This document shows, one piece after another, positions 34,530-46,394 of a stretch of 64,000 nucleotides of DNA. Numbering within the stretch: the stretch's first letter is position 1; each line of letters opens with the position of its first letter. The position numbers and the translations under genes are program-made. Under the pieces are notes generated by a model. The model was not told where the DNA came from. It was given only the letters and a program-made list of their open reading frames with translations, and searched no databases. This DNA comes from Naegleria gruberi (taxonomy: Eukaryota): assembly GCA_000004985.1 (NCBI GenBank), contig GG738846.1, one strand, 5' to 3'.

Positions 34530-36005
34530 TTGTATGAACAAGGCAGACAAAGCGCCAAAAAAATGTATGGAAATCAACCAAGGGAAGAAAGAGTAAAGAC
34601 ACCACTTCCCGAGAAGTTGAAAAATTCTTTTTCTTTCGCTAATCAGAATCAAGAAGAGCAATTAAATGAGGATGAATTGGAACAAGTTATGGACAATGGA
34701 AACTATTTGGAGAGGGCTAATTTAGATCTCTTCAATCAACCAGTTGAGGAGGTAGAGCAATTTGTAGTGCAAGATGTTGTTCCGACAAATTCAATGCCTT
34801 CATACAATAGAAATAAATTAAGGGATGAAATGATGGAAAACAATCAAGAGGAATCTGCTGAACCACCTGTAGAGGAAACCAAAAAAAAGAGAAAGAAAAG
34901 GAAACCCAAAAAAACTGATGACGAATGGAACGAAGAAGGAAACAAACATGAATCAAATTTACCCACACTCCACGAAAAAGAACAAGAAGAAAACACTACA
35001 GATGTTTTACAACCAAAAAAGGAGGTAATTAGGACTCTGGAGAAGGATCTGTTTGCTGACATGGCAAGAACTCATTACCTCTCTATTTCACCAAATGATA
35101 TCATTGTTGGAAAGGAAAATGAGGAAGCAGAAGAAGTGACAGATGAACCAATTGAATCAAAGAATTTAAAAGTTGGAGGACCTCTCTCTCTTAGACAGAA
35201 AACTATTTTCATTGAAAGTATGTAGTTTATAACTGTTCAAATTCTAAAAAGGTAAGATCCTGTTAGTGGGCAATTTAGAAAGGTCAAGGAAACTGATTTT
35301 AGTAATAACAAAAACGAAACTGAAGAAATAATTGAAGATGAGCAGGAAATAATTCAAAGAGAGATTAGCTCTTATAATTCAACAGTTCTAATTACAAACA
35401 ATAACTTATTTGTACTTTTACTTTTTGTACAGGGTATTCTAGTAGGGTTTTGCACCCTTCACGTACTAATTAACATACCACTTTACTCCAATTTGATTGA
35501 CTTTGTAGAATGGTACTCACCAATTTCAACAATACTTCAAAAAATTTACATGGTCTTTACATGTATTTGTTCTGTTCTGTCAATATACATTCTGTCAATT
35601 GAACTAAGGCCACCACTTCCAAAAGGGACCCTATTTACTGAACTGTTGATTATTCAATCACCAGTACAAAGAAAATCGAGAATGATTTCATCGTTTCTGG
35701 TAAGAACATTTTTAATTGTAGGGGCAGCCTCGTATACGATTTCCTTTCTTTGTAGTGTTGTGATTGGTTTTGCTGATGAATTTTTTGCATTTCAATATTC
35801 AACAAGCGGAAAAGGGTGGACAAGCAATTTGGCAGGTACAACTTCAGAAAAGGTGTCAAGAAATGCTATCGGATGGCACATTGTTAATGGGATGAGAACA
35901 TTGTGTAGTATAATTGGTTGGATATCTGTTGTAATTCTTTTCAGAACTTTAAGAAGACAATCGGAAACAAGTTTCCAACAATTACTAAAAGACCAATCAA
36001 ATTAA
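34530..36005 (+). CDS. Predicted multi-pass membrane protein. It has an acidic/Lys-rich, disordered N-terminal ~230 aa, then four hydrophobic segments. Tentatively TMEM237-like in architecture.
   Basis: ORF 34530-35225 (ATG at 34530) and ORF 35493-36005 are probably joined by a ~225-nt intron: donor GTATGT at about 35218 and acceptor ...ctttttgtacagggtattctag at about 35442. The frame is continuous: ..RQKTIFIE|I|GFCTLHVLINIPLY... Hydrophobic stretches are GFCTLHVLINIPLY, MVFTCICSVLSIYILSI, FLVRTFLIVGAASYTISFLCSVVIGF and LCSIIGWISVVILF. The family assignment is weak, and the two ORFs could be separate genes. Confidence 0.45.
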
Positions 36006-36079
36006 TCAAGTCCTTTTAAAAAGATCGGTTTTATTAATGAACATGATAAATAAAAAAACTGATGATGAGAAGAATAAAA

Positions 36080-36289
36080 TTACAACTTTTCTTCTGGTTG
36101 TTGGGTTGGTAAAAGTCCGTACTTTCTCTTCAAGTCAATTCTATATTGAGAGTAGGTATCAGCTGGAGAGAAACGGGCTGGGTGAGCTGGACGAGTTGCA
36201 ACTGGGTTCTTTTCACAAGTTGTGCTCTTATTGTCGCAGACGTATTTGATGGTGTATGTTTGACAAGCTTCACAGTATCTCAGTCTCAT
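36080..36289 (-). CDS. NOP10: H/ACA snoRNP subunit NOP10, 69 aa, with four cysteines in the N-terminal segment.
   Basis: From an internal ATG of ORF 36080-36307: [63 protein letters not shown]. The C-terminal half matches Nop10 ([28 protein letters not shown]). Confidence 0.7.
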   Translation of the reverse strand: MRLRYCEACQTYTIKYVCDNKSTTCEKNPVATRPAHPARFSPADTYSQYRIDLKRKYGLLPTQQPEEKL

Positions 36290-36403
36290 TTTTTTTTGAA
36301 AAACCAAAAGAGAAATTATTTAATTTTACAGCCTACATTTTTTATTTGAACAACCTCTTTAAATCAAGATGTACACAGAACAATTTTATTTTTGAAAATT
36401 ATT

Positions 36404-37228
36404 TTACATTCTTCTTCTTTTATTACCTGGATCGGAGTCATCTTCAGTTGTAGATGTATTATCATTATTTGAACTCTCTGAAATATAATTTTTATCACCA
36501 TACTGCAGTTTGTAGGTGCCAAGTGATTTGTGTTTCCAATCTATGAAGGATGTTTCTTCTAATTGAATCATTTGTAAAATGGTTAATTCGCTATTGCACA
36601 ATTTTGACTTGAATTCCGAGTATTGTTCAGTGAGCCAGCTGCTGGTACTCTTCTGATTACTGGCAATATAGCCTTGTCGTAAAAAGACCTTAAATCTATG
36701 TACAAGTGTATCTATTAGAGTATACCTTTTTCGAATATAGAGAGACTCTAATTCTTGATCTTGTTTGATTGATTCTGCAATTTCAGCCATTAATTTGAAT
36801 AGACTTGTGCCAAAATCATAAAAGTATCTGTTAACTTTTGATAGAGATGCTTTTTCAAAGTTGGATGTGACATAGTTCAAGTCTGTAAAAACTCTAGGTA
36901 CCTCAACTTCAACAAATCCCTCTTTTCCACACACAGAAGCCAACCAAAACGGTACCTCAACTTTAGTTCCTCTTTCAATTATATATTTTTCAATAAATTT
37001 AATGGAATTGTTATTTTCCTCTTCTATTTCATCTTCGGAATGATCTTGATTTCCATTGGTTATTTGACGAAGATGTTCTTTTTGCATAGCTGCTGCAGTT
37101 TTAATATATTTTCCAATGTTTGGAATGGTGAAATTAAATATCACAGCAACACGTTCTTCACTTGCAAGAATATCATCAATGTCAAAGTAGTCCCTTCCAT
37201 TGTTCAATCCATCAACGGCAGACATTTT
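36404..37228 (-). CDS. GINS3: GINS complex subunit PSF3/GINS3, about 274 aa.
   Basis: ORF 36404-37318, trimmed to the ATG giving MSAVDGLNNGRDYFDIDDILASEERV. VEVPFWLASVCGKEGFVEVEVPRVF parallels GINS3 LELPLWLAKGLF..LSVELPKIY. YFYDFGTSLFKL matches HFYGFGSQLL. The C-terminus is acidic. Confidence 0.75.
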   Translation of the reverse strand, partial: KMSAVDGLNNGRDYFDIDDILASEERVAVIFNFTIPNIGKYIKTAAAMQKEHLRQITNGNQDHSEDEIEEENNNSIKFIEKYIIERGTKVEVPFWLASVCGKEGFVEVEVPRVFTDLNYVTSNFEKASLSKVNRYFYDFGTSLFKLMAEIAESIKQDQELESLYIRKRYTLIDTLVHRFKVFLRQGYIASNQKSTSSWLTEQYSEFKSKLCNSELTILQMIQLEETSFIDWKHKSLGTYKLQYGDKNYISESSNNDNTSTTEDDSDPGNKRRRM

Positions 37229-37392
37229 TTTATTATTACTAACTGTTAAAATTGGCGCCACATCTCTTCCGCCAAAATAAAACTCTTTTAAAAAAAAATT
37301 AAATAATACTGGTTTCAATCACACAACGTCTTCATCATCACAATACATTTTATATATACAGGAACAATTGAGGATAATAATATTATTATTTA

Positions 37393-40300
37393 ATGGACAT
37401 TACCCCTATTATTGAGCAAATACAGACCAAAGGTAACTATTTTTAATTGTTACATTATTTTACTGAGCAATGTATTATCGGAACAAAAAAGATCCAACCG
37501 AAAGGATCCAAGGATTGACACACCTAACGAATTCCATGCTCGACATTGCATTGGTATGTTATGAAAAAATATGTTTGTGTTTTAATGTAGAATTTAGGAT
37601 GACATTTCAAGTGTAATGAATGCAATAAGGCCTACATTGAAGGATAACAACTTTAAAGTTTGTGAGGCATCACTAACTTTCCTTTGCACTTTTTTGGAGC
37701 ACATTGATGCAAAAATCTTTCAACCATATTTTATTGATTTTGTAAATTTGCTTTTGGAAAGATTTGGAGACACTAAAGTGTCAGTTAGAGATAAGGCCTT
37801 TGAGGCTATAATTATGGTCGCTAGACACTACTCTGCAAGTACAGTGCTTGATAGTATTAGAGAAGGATTTATCCATAAGAGCTGGAGAGTGAGAGAGGGT
37901 GTATGCTTGTCTTTTGTTCAGATCTTACAAACCTTTGGACCCAAGACTATTTCACTTGCAAAATTTTTGCCAGATATTGTAAGTCTATTGGATGATTCCA
38001 CACCAAGCGTAAGGGATTCTGCAATATTGGGTATATGTGAAATTTATCGCTTTGTTGGAGCTGACTTATTCCAGGAATTGTCCAATTACAAATTAAGGAC
38101 TTCGCAAATTAAGGCCATTGAAGATAGAGCATGCGAAATTATGGTCGACACTGAAAACCTCGTTTCTCTAAAACCTAAAGCAAAAAGCCCTCTGAAACCT
38201 CCTAGATCAAGACAAACCATTCATACAAACATTACTACTAATGGAAAATCAGCAACTGATGATACAGAAGAAACAGATGTACAACCAATTTACATCAAAG
38301 AGAACGATATTCAAAAAGAAACAGAGCAATCCCTTGAAATTTTGAATGACACCAAAAATCTTGATTGGAAAAAAAGATTAAATTGCATTAGACGCTGGAG
38401 GGGTATAGTTTATGGAGGAGCAACGGATTTTTCATCATTTATTGGAGAATTTCTTAGATTAAGGGAGGCCATTTCAAAGCAAGTAGTTGATTTACGTTCT
38501 ACAATTGTTAAAGAAAGTTGCATGTTACTCAATCTTATTGCAAAAACCATGGGCTCCAAGTTTGAACCACTCTCTGATTACTTTGTTCCAATACTACTCA
38601 AGAGCACTGTAGTGACAGTTCAGGTTATTTCTGATTCGGTAAATACTTGTATAAGAACTCTTATAATTCACGCAAAATTGAATAGAGGTATTTCTGTAAT
38701 AGTAGAGAGACTAACAGACTCTAAAACTCATGCAACCATGAGATCTAGGTGTGCAGAATACTTGGTTTTAATTTTTCAACATGTTGACACTGGATTTTTA
38801 TCCAAAATAATTGACGAATTATGCAAAGCTCTCAAGTCTGCTATTAATGATGCCAGCCCTTCAGCTAGACAGGCTGGAAGGCAGGCATTCATGGCATTCA
38901 AGGAAGTGTTTCCTGATAGAGCAACAAAAATTTTCAGCGAGCTAGATCCAAGTACTCAAAAAAAACTTAATGAAGAGTCTAACAAGTCTGGACAAATTTC
39001 CCCAAGATCAACTACTTCAAGTCTGAGTGGAGCAGCATCAGTAACATCATATGTTTCGTCAGGTTCTACAATAAGAAGAACAAAATCTGTCATTACAAGA
39101 AAGCTACCAACCAAACCTGAATCCAGTACAACACTTATCACAGAAAAAAAGTTAATTTCTAAACCCGTCATACCTTCTATTCCACTTTCCACAACATATC
39201 CTCCTTCTCCAAAAAAGATTTCTCTTCCTGTTAGGCCAGTATCTGTTGCAGGAAAAAACTCGCCATCTTCCCCAAAAAAGAGTCCTAATTCAACTAATCT
39301 AATCAAATCTAGTAGAACTGATTCCGTATTGATTCCAAAAAAACTAGTATTTGGTTCTGATCCTATGGATGTTGGAGAAGATTTGGCAATAGTACAAGAG
39401 GTAGAGACAGTGTCTACAATTTTGAGAGAATCTAAAAATCTCGATTGGAAAGCCAAAATTACAGTTTTTGAAAAATTAGAATCAATTATCAACAGTGGTA
39501 GAAGTTCTGAAATTAAGAATACTTTTCTGCAAGTAATCAATTTGTATATTGACAGATTATCTGATACTTATCAAAAAGTTGTTGAAAAGGCTCTCACTTC
39601 ACTCATCAAGCTAATAGATCATTTACCAGAAAATGTTGAACCTTACTTGGAACGTATTTTATCCAAATTATTTTTACTGTTGACCGAAGAAAAAACAAAG
39701 ACTCTAGCTGAACATTTATTAACCAAGATTGGTAATTCTTATTCTGGTGATATTCTGTTACCAAGAATTTTTAAAATTGTAGATACATTCAATTCAAGAG
39801 TAAGGGTAGCTTGTTTAGAGTTTTTGATGCATATTGTACAAAGTAGTTCTGCCTATCTCAGCTATCCAGGGCATATGAGATCGAGCATTAAGAAGATTAT
39901 TGCCCTTATTCAACAGAATACCTCAAAATCATGTGATGCAGCTCTCACAAGTATTATGATATCACTTTATACAATTAACTCGACTAATTTCATGGAGCAA
40001 CTTTTATCTTTACCTTCGTTAGAGCAAAATCCTATCAAAAATTTGCTTAGAGAGCGAGTTAGTGATTTTGATCAACATCTTACTTTGTAAGTTTTATTAG
40101 CGAGTTAGTAGTGCTTAATATTGTAAATTAACTGACTTTAGAATTTCTAAAAAATCATCCCCTACCACTTCCACAACCACCGTTCTAACTTCAAAACCGA
40201 CCCTTCCTAACAGAAACGTTGAAAACATTATTTCCTTACCAATAAGAAACACTGACAGAGAATATCAAACTACTGATACTCTCGATGAAATCTCCTCCTC

Positions 40301-40973
40301 ACTAACATCAATAGCCAAATACAAGATTGATAAAAATCCGCATCAGGTATACCGATGCCTATTCGAAATATCAGAAATAGCTAGACTAAAGCCCTCCACA
40401 GATAATGTTTGGCAGATATCATTTGCAAAATTATTATTTTATTTATTTGATCTCTTTTTTGATGATGATGAAATTATAAGGGAAAAGGCCTTATTGAGTG
40501 TTGCCTCTCTATTGAGATATCAAATTGAACATTGTATCAAGTTTACAGACATTACTTTTAGAAAGATTATGGAAAAACTAAACGATAATGTTCCAGCTGT
40601 GCAAAGAACTGCAGAGAGAGTGGCTGAACAATTTGTTGAATCTATTGAGCCAATCAAAACTTTGGAACTTTTAAAACCACAAATTATTAATAATAGCGAA
40701 AAAGAGCAAATCTTACTTGGAGGCTTACGTCTTCTCACCAAACTAATCAAACTGATAAGTCCAGATATTCTTTTAGGTCATGTTCCAAGCATTTTACCTG
40801 GAGTTTATGAAGCTTTTAAACACAGCAATGTAGATGTACGGAAATCCGTTGTCTATTTAATGGTAGATTTACATTTCTCTCTTGGAGAGTTGTTTGAGCC
40901 ATATCTGAAGAGGTTATCTATTGAACAGCAAAAACTTATTCAAATTTACATAAAAAAGAACGAAGTGAGATAG
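37393..40973 (+). CDS. CLASP: CLASP (CLIP-associating protein; TOG-domain microtubule plus-end regulator), about 1,148 aa, four exons.
   Basis: Exons 37393-37432, 37468-37553, 37598-40086 and 40142-40973 are joined by introns of 35, 44 and 55 nt, with consistent phases and total length divisible by 3. Spliced N-terminus: MDITPIIEQIQTK|AMYYRNKKDPTERIQGLTHLTNSMLDIAL|DDISSVMNAIRPTL... TOG2 (REGFIHKSWRVREGVCLSFVQIL..LLDDSTPSVRDSAILGICEIYRFVGADL) and the C-terminal CLIP-binding TOG (VVYLMVDLHFSLGELFEPYLKRLSIEQQKLIQIYIKK) both match CLASP closely. Confidence 0.85.
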
Positions 40974-41200
40974 TTTAACAGAGAAATATTCCAATTCTTT
41001 TAATTCACGTTATTACTCGACTCTCTCATGTTGAGTTCTCATATATTTCTCCAAACAAAACAATAAATAATCGTTGATAAACCAATAAATAGAAACTCAA
41101 CATTGTCCCGAGTTAATATAGTTGTTTACAAAATCGAGATTGAAGTTGAACTCCTCTATAAAAAAACCAGAGGAAAACACTCTTTTTCAATTTCTCAATT

Positions 41201-43727
41201 TTATTGTTTACAATTTGTCGAAAATACTATCGTTCCATTGAGTTGCTCAATTACTTTTCCTAGTCTAAACATTAAACCACCCAACCTTGGTAAAAGGTAT
41301 TTAGGATATTTGTGGGTTAGAATTTGAATTGCATTTCTTTCAGCTTCTAGAAGAGGTTTTAGTCTATTCAATTGTTCAATTTTAAACGAATACATAATTT
41401 GATCTTGAAATGTGTTTTGCAAAAGTACCTCTGCTTGCATGATGTGAATATCTGAAACTCTCTCCAAAATACTCATATCACCGTTATTGAAAAGTAGTGA
41501 TTCTTGACTGATATGGGTTAGTAAAAAAAAAGAATTGAACTTACTTGAAATATTTCAAATTGTCCACATATTTGTCGCAATATATAACTAACAACTTGTC
41601 CAAAGTTGATTTGATAGAAGTTGGAGATCTTGATTGACTAGGAGAGTTTGGTTCCTCACTTGAAAGAATTGAAAAGATGGAAGGATGGTTGGGAGCAGTG
41701 CCATTCATAATTTGTTGAGATTCTTTTTCTGTTATATTGTTAAATGAGACAAGTAATCTACTCAATTCACCTGTAATTGCATTCTCAAAATTTTTGAAAA
41801 TGGTTTCTAATTTTAAAACAGCCATGTTGTTAAATTGATATACTCTGTCTTCTTCTGTACATTGTTCCAACATTTTCTCAAGGAGTGATACTGTAGTGCT
41901 ATAAATTGAAAATTTTCTCAAGAGTTGAATAATACCAAACGTTGATGGATCCATACTAACTAGTCCTGTATATGTTGATTCCTTTTGAAAAATGCAATTA
42001 AAAAAATCCAGTTTCAAAATCAACCTACCTTAGTCATTAAAATAATAATCATTAAATAAATTTCAATATTATCTACAGTCAATCTTTTTACATTCTTCAA
42101 GGTTGTAATAGTTAGTAACTCAGAAGGCAATTTACCTCTTGCTGAAAGATAAAGGCTTGTAGCAAGTCGCATACAATTTAAATCAAATAATTGATGGATA
42201 TCTTCTCTGAGATTAATACTAGTTCTTGTTAATTGAATGGGAGGTAAATTGTTATTGATACGTTGAATATTTTCTGACTTTTGAATGTAGTAACGAAATG
42301 TATCGAATGTCATTCCAACTATTAACCTGTATTTGTAAACACATAGCAAATACACATTTTCAACTCTGTAAAGAGAATAATCTGAATTGATTCGAGCTTC
42401 CTCAGCAATTGAGTAATTAATAAATACTCTATCTCTATAGTTTGGAGAATGTAAATCCAGCATTTCATCTGCTTTTAACAAAAAATACCTCGATAACCCT
42501 AAATTACTATCTCCCATAAAATAAAAAGATGCCAACAAGTATCTTCCACTTCTAATCATGAAAAATCTATCCTCAACATCACTAATAATTAAATTGCTGA
42601 CATGTCGTGCATGTTTTCCAACTAATAGATCAATTAGTTGTTCGTTGGTTGTGGGATTTTCATAGAGGTGCTGTACATCATCTTTAACATATCCTTCGAA
42701 TCCCAATTCTATTGAACGTTTAATTGAAGACTCTGCCTGATCTAAAAAACCATTGGATGCACATGTCACTCCATGTAATGTATACAAAAGTGAGAGAACT
42801 TCTGTTTTTCTATATTGGGTAACATATTCTCCAGCATGTTTTGAAAAATCAGGTAACTCAAAAACACTGTTAGGATTTCTGAATATTTCATTCATTGAAT
42901 TTTTTAAATCATTTCCAAATATTGATTGTTCAATGAGTTCTTCAGGAAAGATTTTGAAGCCATAAACAATATGTCTGTAAAAATTATTTATCAATTAGGC
43001 CTAATGTTGTAATGTTACCTACCTATGATAATATTCGAATGAATTGATTTTTACAAATGATGTGACTATCATATCTTGCATTAACATTTCCTCTAATTCT
43101 TTAGAATTTTGATTTGAATCCTCATCTCTTCTTTCATTATTGTCCAAGAAAGTATGAAGTTTTTGTAAAATCTTTGAGGATGAAGGATCAAAACCAAACG
43201 CATCCACAAAATTATCTATATACTGAGTTGAGTAGGCAATATTTGAGTTTTTTTGGAGAGCAATATTTTGATTGTAGGGATGATATCGTGTTGAGAGTTC
43301 CGAATTGTTGACATCAGAAGATGATTTTGCACTTGATGAGGATGATTGCAGCTCCAGTCTTGATCTTGTTGCATTATTAAAGATAACAGTATCACCTTGC
43401 TTTTTTTTACGTCCGGTTGTTTCGTATCGGAATGAATGTATTTCGAAATCCTTCTTCTTTTGTTTGTTGGGAACAGGTTTTTGCACTTGTCCAGTTAGAA
43501 GCATCTTTTGAAGATATTCTTTCTTAGGTTGTAAATATACACATACATAGCCCTTCTTTAAGCATTCTTGACATTGTGGTAGCGTTCTTGAGCATTTTGT
43601 ATGCTTTTTCCGACAATTTTCACCTAGATTTCTTGATGAATGGATTGTGTGAGCAAAAAGTGGTTTACTTACAGGCAATTGGGTGGTATTGGTTGTTTTT
43701 ATCAGCCTCAACCTCGGATGAAGACAT
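41201..43727 (-). CDS. Fungal-type Zn(II)2Cys6 binuclear-cluster transcription factor with a fungal-specific transcription-factor middle homology region, about 781 aa, five exons.
   Basis: Exons 43673-43727, 43023-43623, 42029-42974, 41545-41981 and 41201-41507 are joined by introns of 49, 48, 47 and 37 nt (GTAAGT/GTAGGT..AG). The last intron contains TACTAAC. The first intron splits the codon of the first cysteine. The spliced N-terminus MSSSEVEADKNNQYHPIACENCRKKHTKCSRTLPQCQECLKKGYVC fits the Gal4-type CX2CX6CX6CX2CX6C pattern. Total length is divisible by 3. Confidence 0.75.
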
Positions 43728-43965
43728 TTTTTTGAGTTCTACTTGATTGTACGAATAAATTTAGTCTCTCTTTGCAAATCATCAAAATTTGTTGGAATAT
43801 TGAGTGATATTTCAGCAATGTCTAATATTGTGATAATTTTTAAATTCTCCAAGGAAATTCCAAATTTGATTGTAGTAAGTTTGTAAGGTTGATTTATTCC
43901 ATTAAAGATATCAAAATGAAATTAAATCTCTGTAGATAATTTATGAGATTAAAAATTTAGAAAAA

Positions 43966-45482
43966 ATGTCGTCATTTCTGCCTTGTTCTGGCTCTGAATA
44001 TCTGACCCTAATGACAACATGTGCTCCGGGCCTGGAAAAATCATCAGCCGACGAAATTGAAGAAAAATTAAATAATTTACGGAAGAGAAGTGACTTGGCA
44101 ATTAATATTTATCACATTTATTCAAAGTTTGAAAATATTGATGATGATAATTTCAAGGAAATTATTAGAATATTTCAGAGGCGAGATATCAAGTCAATGC
44201 TGCAAGGAAAAATTATTATTCAATTCCATTTTTCTTCCACCTCTGAGAAATTGAAAATATCTGTATTTAATGAAACTATTTCCTCACTTCTTGAATGTCT
44301 ATCAATTGTCAAAATTCACATTCTAGTTTATGTTTTGGAAAATCTTTCTTTTCCCTCTTCAAGTACTTCCACTCAGGAAAAATCCTCTCCAAACGATTCA
44401 ACTGGAGATAGTTTTGAAGAAAAAGAAAGAGAATGGGCTAGAAGATTGAAAAATGATCCAAACTTTAATTATTTTTTGGAATGCCATCAACATGCATTGC
44501 CAGAAAGCAAATGTTGGAAAGAATCGTTAGAAAAGTGGGTTGACATGAGAAATATATTATTTGAAAATTCCACAAAAGATAAAATAACAAGTGTGGAGGC
44601 ACTTAAATTCAGAATCACATCAAGAAGGTTTGTTTCATTTGATGTTCTAATTTATTAACTAAATTAAGGTCTGGACAACATAACTTCAAATCGAGTGATA
44701 TGTTATCGTGGTTTGGATTATTGGTATCTCACAAGTTAATGGGTGAGGAGATTAGCAACATTGGAAAAACTTGGAAAGCAGATTTAACAAATTATGATCT
44801 CGATATTTTTCAAATCCTCTACAATGATACTCTCTTTCTCTCATTCACTCTGTGTGAGGAAACCATTTGTTTACAAACGTTTTCTAAACAATTCAAAAAT
44901 GAATTGTTCTTAAACTCAACATCTTTGAGACCCAATATTGCTTTTGGATTAATTAATCTTGCAAATATCAAAAAAGGAGATGTATTTTGTGATATCTGCT
45001 CTGGTACTGGAATAATTTCACTGATGGCTTTACACTTATTTAAAAATAATATTCAAATTATTTCTGGAGAATTATCTGAGGAAATTTTACAGAACCACCT
45101 AATCAACAATATTGACAATTACAGGTATTCAAATAATACAATACAACCTCTGAAATGGGACTTCACTCGCCTCCCTTTAAAAACAGCCACTGTTGACGTC
45201 ATTTGCTCAAATTTACCTTTCGGAAAGCAGATTGGATCACATTCATTAAATAAGGAAATTTACCCTCCCATGTTTTCAGAATTATGCAGGGTTTTGAGAC
45301 CTGAAGGAAGAATTGTTATTCTCACATCTGAAAAACACTTGATGCAAAAAGTTCTACAAGAAAATAAGGTATTCATATCATTTTTTTCACGAATTTCTAT
45401 TCATCAAGGTGGTTCAGATGTTTTTGTTTACATTCTCACAAGAAAAAGTAAAGCATTTTTTGTAAAGAAACAAAAACAATAA
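43966..45482 (+). CDS. THUMPD3: THUMP-domain RNA (guanine-N2) methyltransferase, THUMPD3/Trm14-like, about 491 aa, two exons.
   Basis: Exons 43966-44627 and 44669-45482 are joined by a 41-nt GTTTGT..AATTAAG intron. The junction ..KFRITSRR|SGQHNFKSSDMLSWFGL..KTWKADLTNYDLDIF matches THUMPD3 (KFRVTCNRAGEKHCFTS..YFKWKADMTNFDVEV). The SAM-binding motif is DICSGTGIISLMA, and the catalytic motif is SNLPFGKQIGS (NPPFG-like). Confidence 0.75.
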
Positions 45483-45615
45483 AAACATTAAAAAAAAATT
45501 AAAGTCATCTGTGATCTGCGTGCTTGGAAGCTATTGAAATTTTTCGGATCAAAATTGTACATTAAAATTATTTATTAAATAGAGTCTTCACATAAATACA
45601 TCCATCAGATTAGAA

Positions 45616-46347
45616 ATGGTTAGGTTTACAAATTTTAAATCTTCTCCACAAACAAAAGATTACCACAAGTATGAAATGAGTGGAATATTATTCAAGATGG
45701 GAGAAGTTAACAAATCATGGAAGGAAAGGTTTTTCATTCTGGAAGAGGACAAATTATTTTACTATAAAAATTCGGAAAGCTCCAAAGCTATTGCATACAT
45801 ACCTTTGAACGATGCATATGTTAGAGTATCTCCTGAATTTTATCCTAAACAAGCATGTTTTGAAATTGTCACATCACAAAGAATATACAAATTAATGGCT
45901 GCAAATTTTGAATTGATGAAAACATGGATACATCACTGCCAGACATTTAGTAAAATAAGTATGGAAAATGAGCTGATACGACAAGCAGATATTCAAATTC
46001 ATGATGTTGAATCTGGACTAACAAAAAAAGCCTTGGAAGAATTACATTTCGAACCAATATCATTAGAAAATTTTTATTTTTCATGTAGATATAATAGAGA
46101 AGAAGACTATTCAAATAGTTTGGAATTTGATTTAATAAGAGGATTGAATAATACATCGATAACGAACAGAATGAATAATGCAAGTAGTGTGGTACTATCA
46201 AATCAACTATCTGACGATGAAGACTCTTTACAAATGGTTGATAAAAAGAATATTGACCTCTCAAAAAAACACTCTCCATCCATAGCCTCCCAAACACCTG
46301 CAACTGAAGAAAATCAAGAATTGATTGATAGGATTGGAACAGAATAA
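45616..46347 (+). CDS. PH-domain protein, 243 aa, with an acidic/Ser-rich C-terminal tail.
   Basis: ORF 45616-46347 with ATG at 45616. A PH-like core is present (GILFKMGEVNKSWKERFFILEEDKLFYYKNSES..CFEIVTSQRIYKLMAANFELMKTWI). The specific family is not recognised. Confidence 0.55.
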   Translation: MVRFTNFKSSPQTKDYHKYEMSGILFKMGEVNKSWKERFFILEEDKLFYYKNSESSKAIAYIPLNDAYVRVSPEFYPKQACFEIVTSQRIYKLMAANFELMKTWIHHCQTFSKISMENELIRQADIQIHDVESGLTKKALEELHFEPISLENFYFSCRYNREEDYSNSLEFDLIRGLNNTSITNRMNNASSVVLSNQLSDDEDSLQMVDKKNIDLSKKHSPSIASQTPATEENQELIDRIGTE

Positions 46348-46394
46348 ATTATTGTTCCTTGTTCTTATTCCAATATTTTATTTAAATAAAAAAA

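Noticed and set aside
35704-35725. GTAAGA...TTGTAG looks like a mini-intron inside the membrane-protein gene.
   Set aside because: It is 22 nt, so removal would shift the frame. Read-through is in frame and encodes a hydrophobic LVRTFLIVGAASY segment continuous with a TM helix.
38956-39540. A 194-aa ORF antisense to CLASP. Similar shadow ORFs sit at 8907-9365 (in WDR90), 17884-18114 (in SAC3), 46851-47179 (in RCC1) and 50911-51333 (in MCAT).
   Set aside because: They lie entirely inside well-supported CDSs on the opposite strand, have no homology and a low-complexity composition. They are typical antisense shadow ORFs in AT-rich coding DNA.
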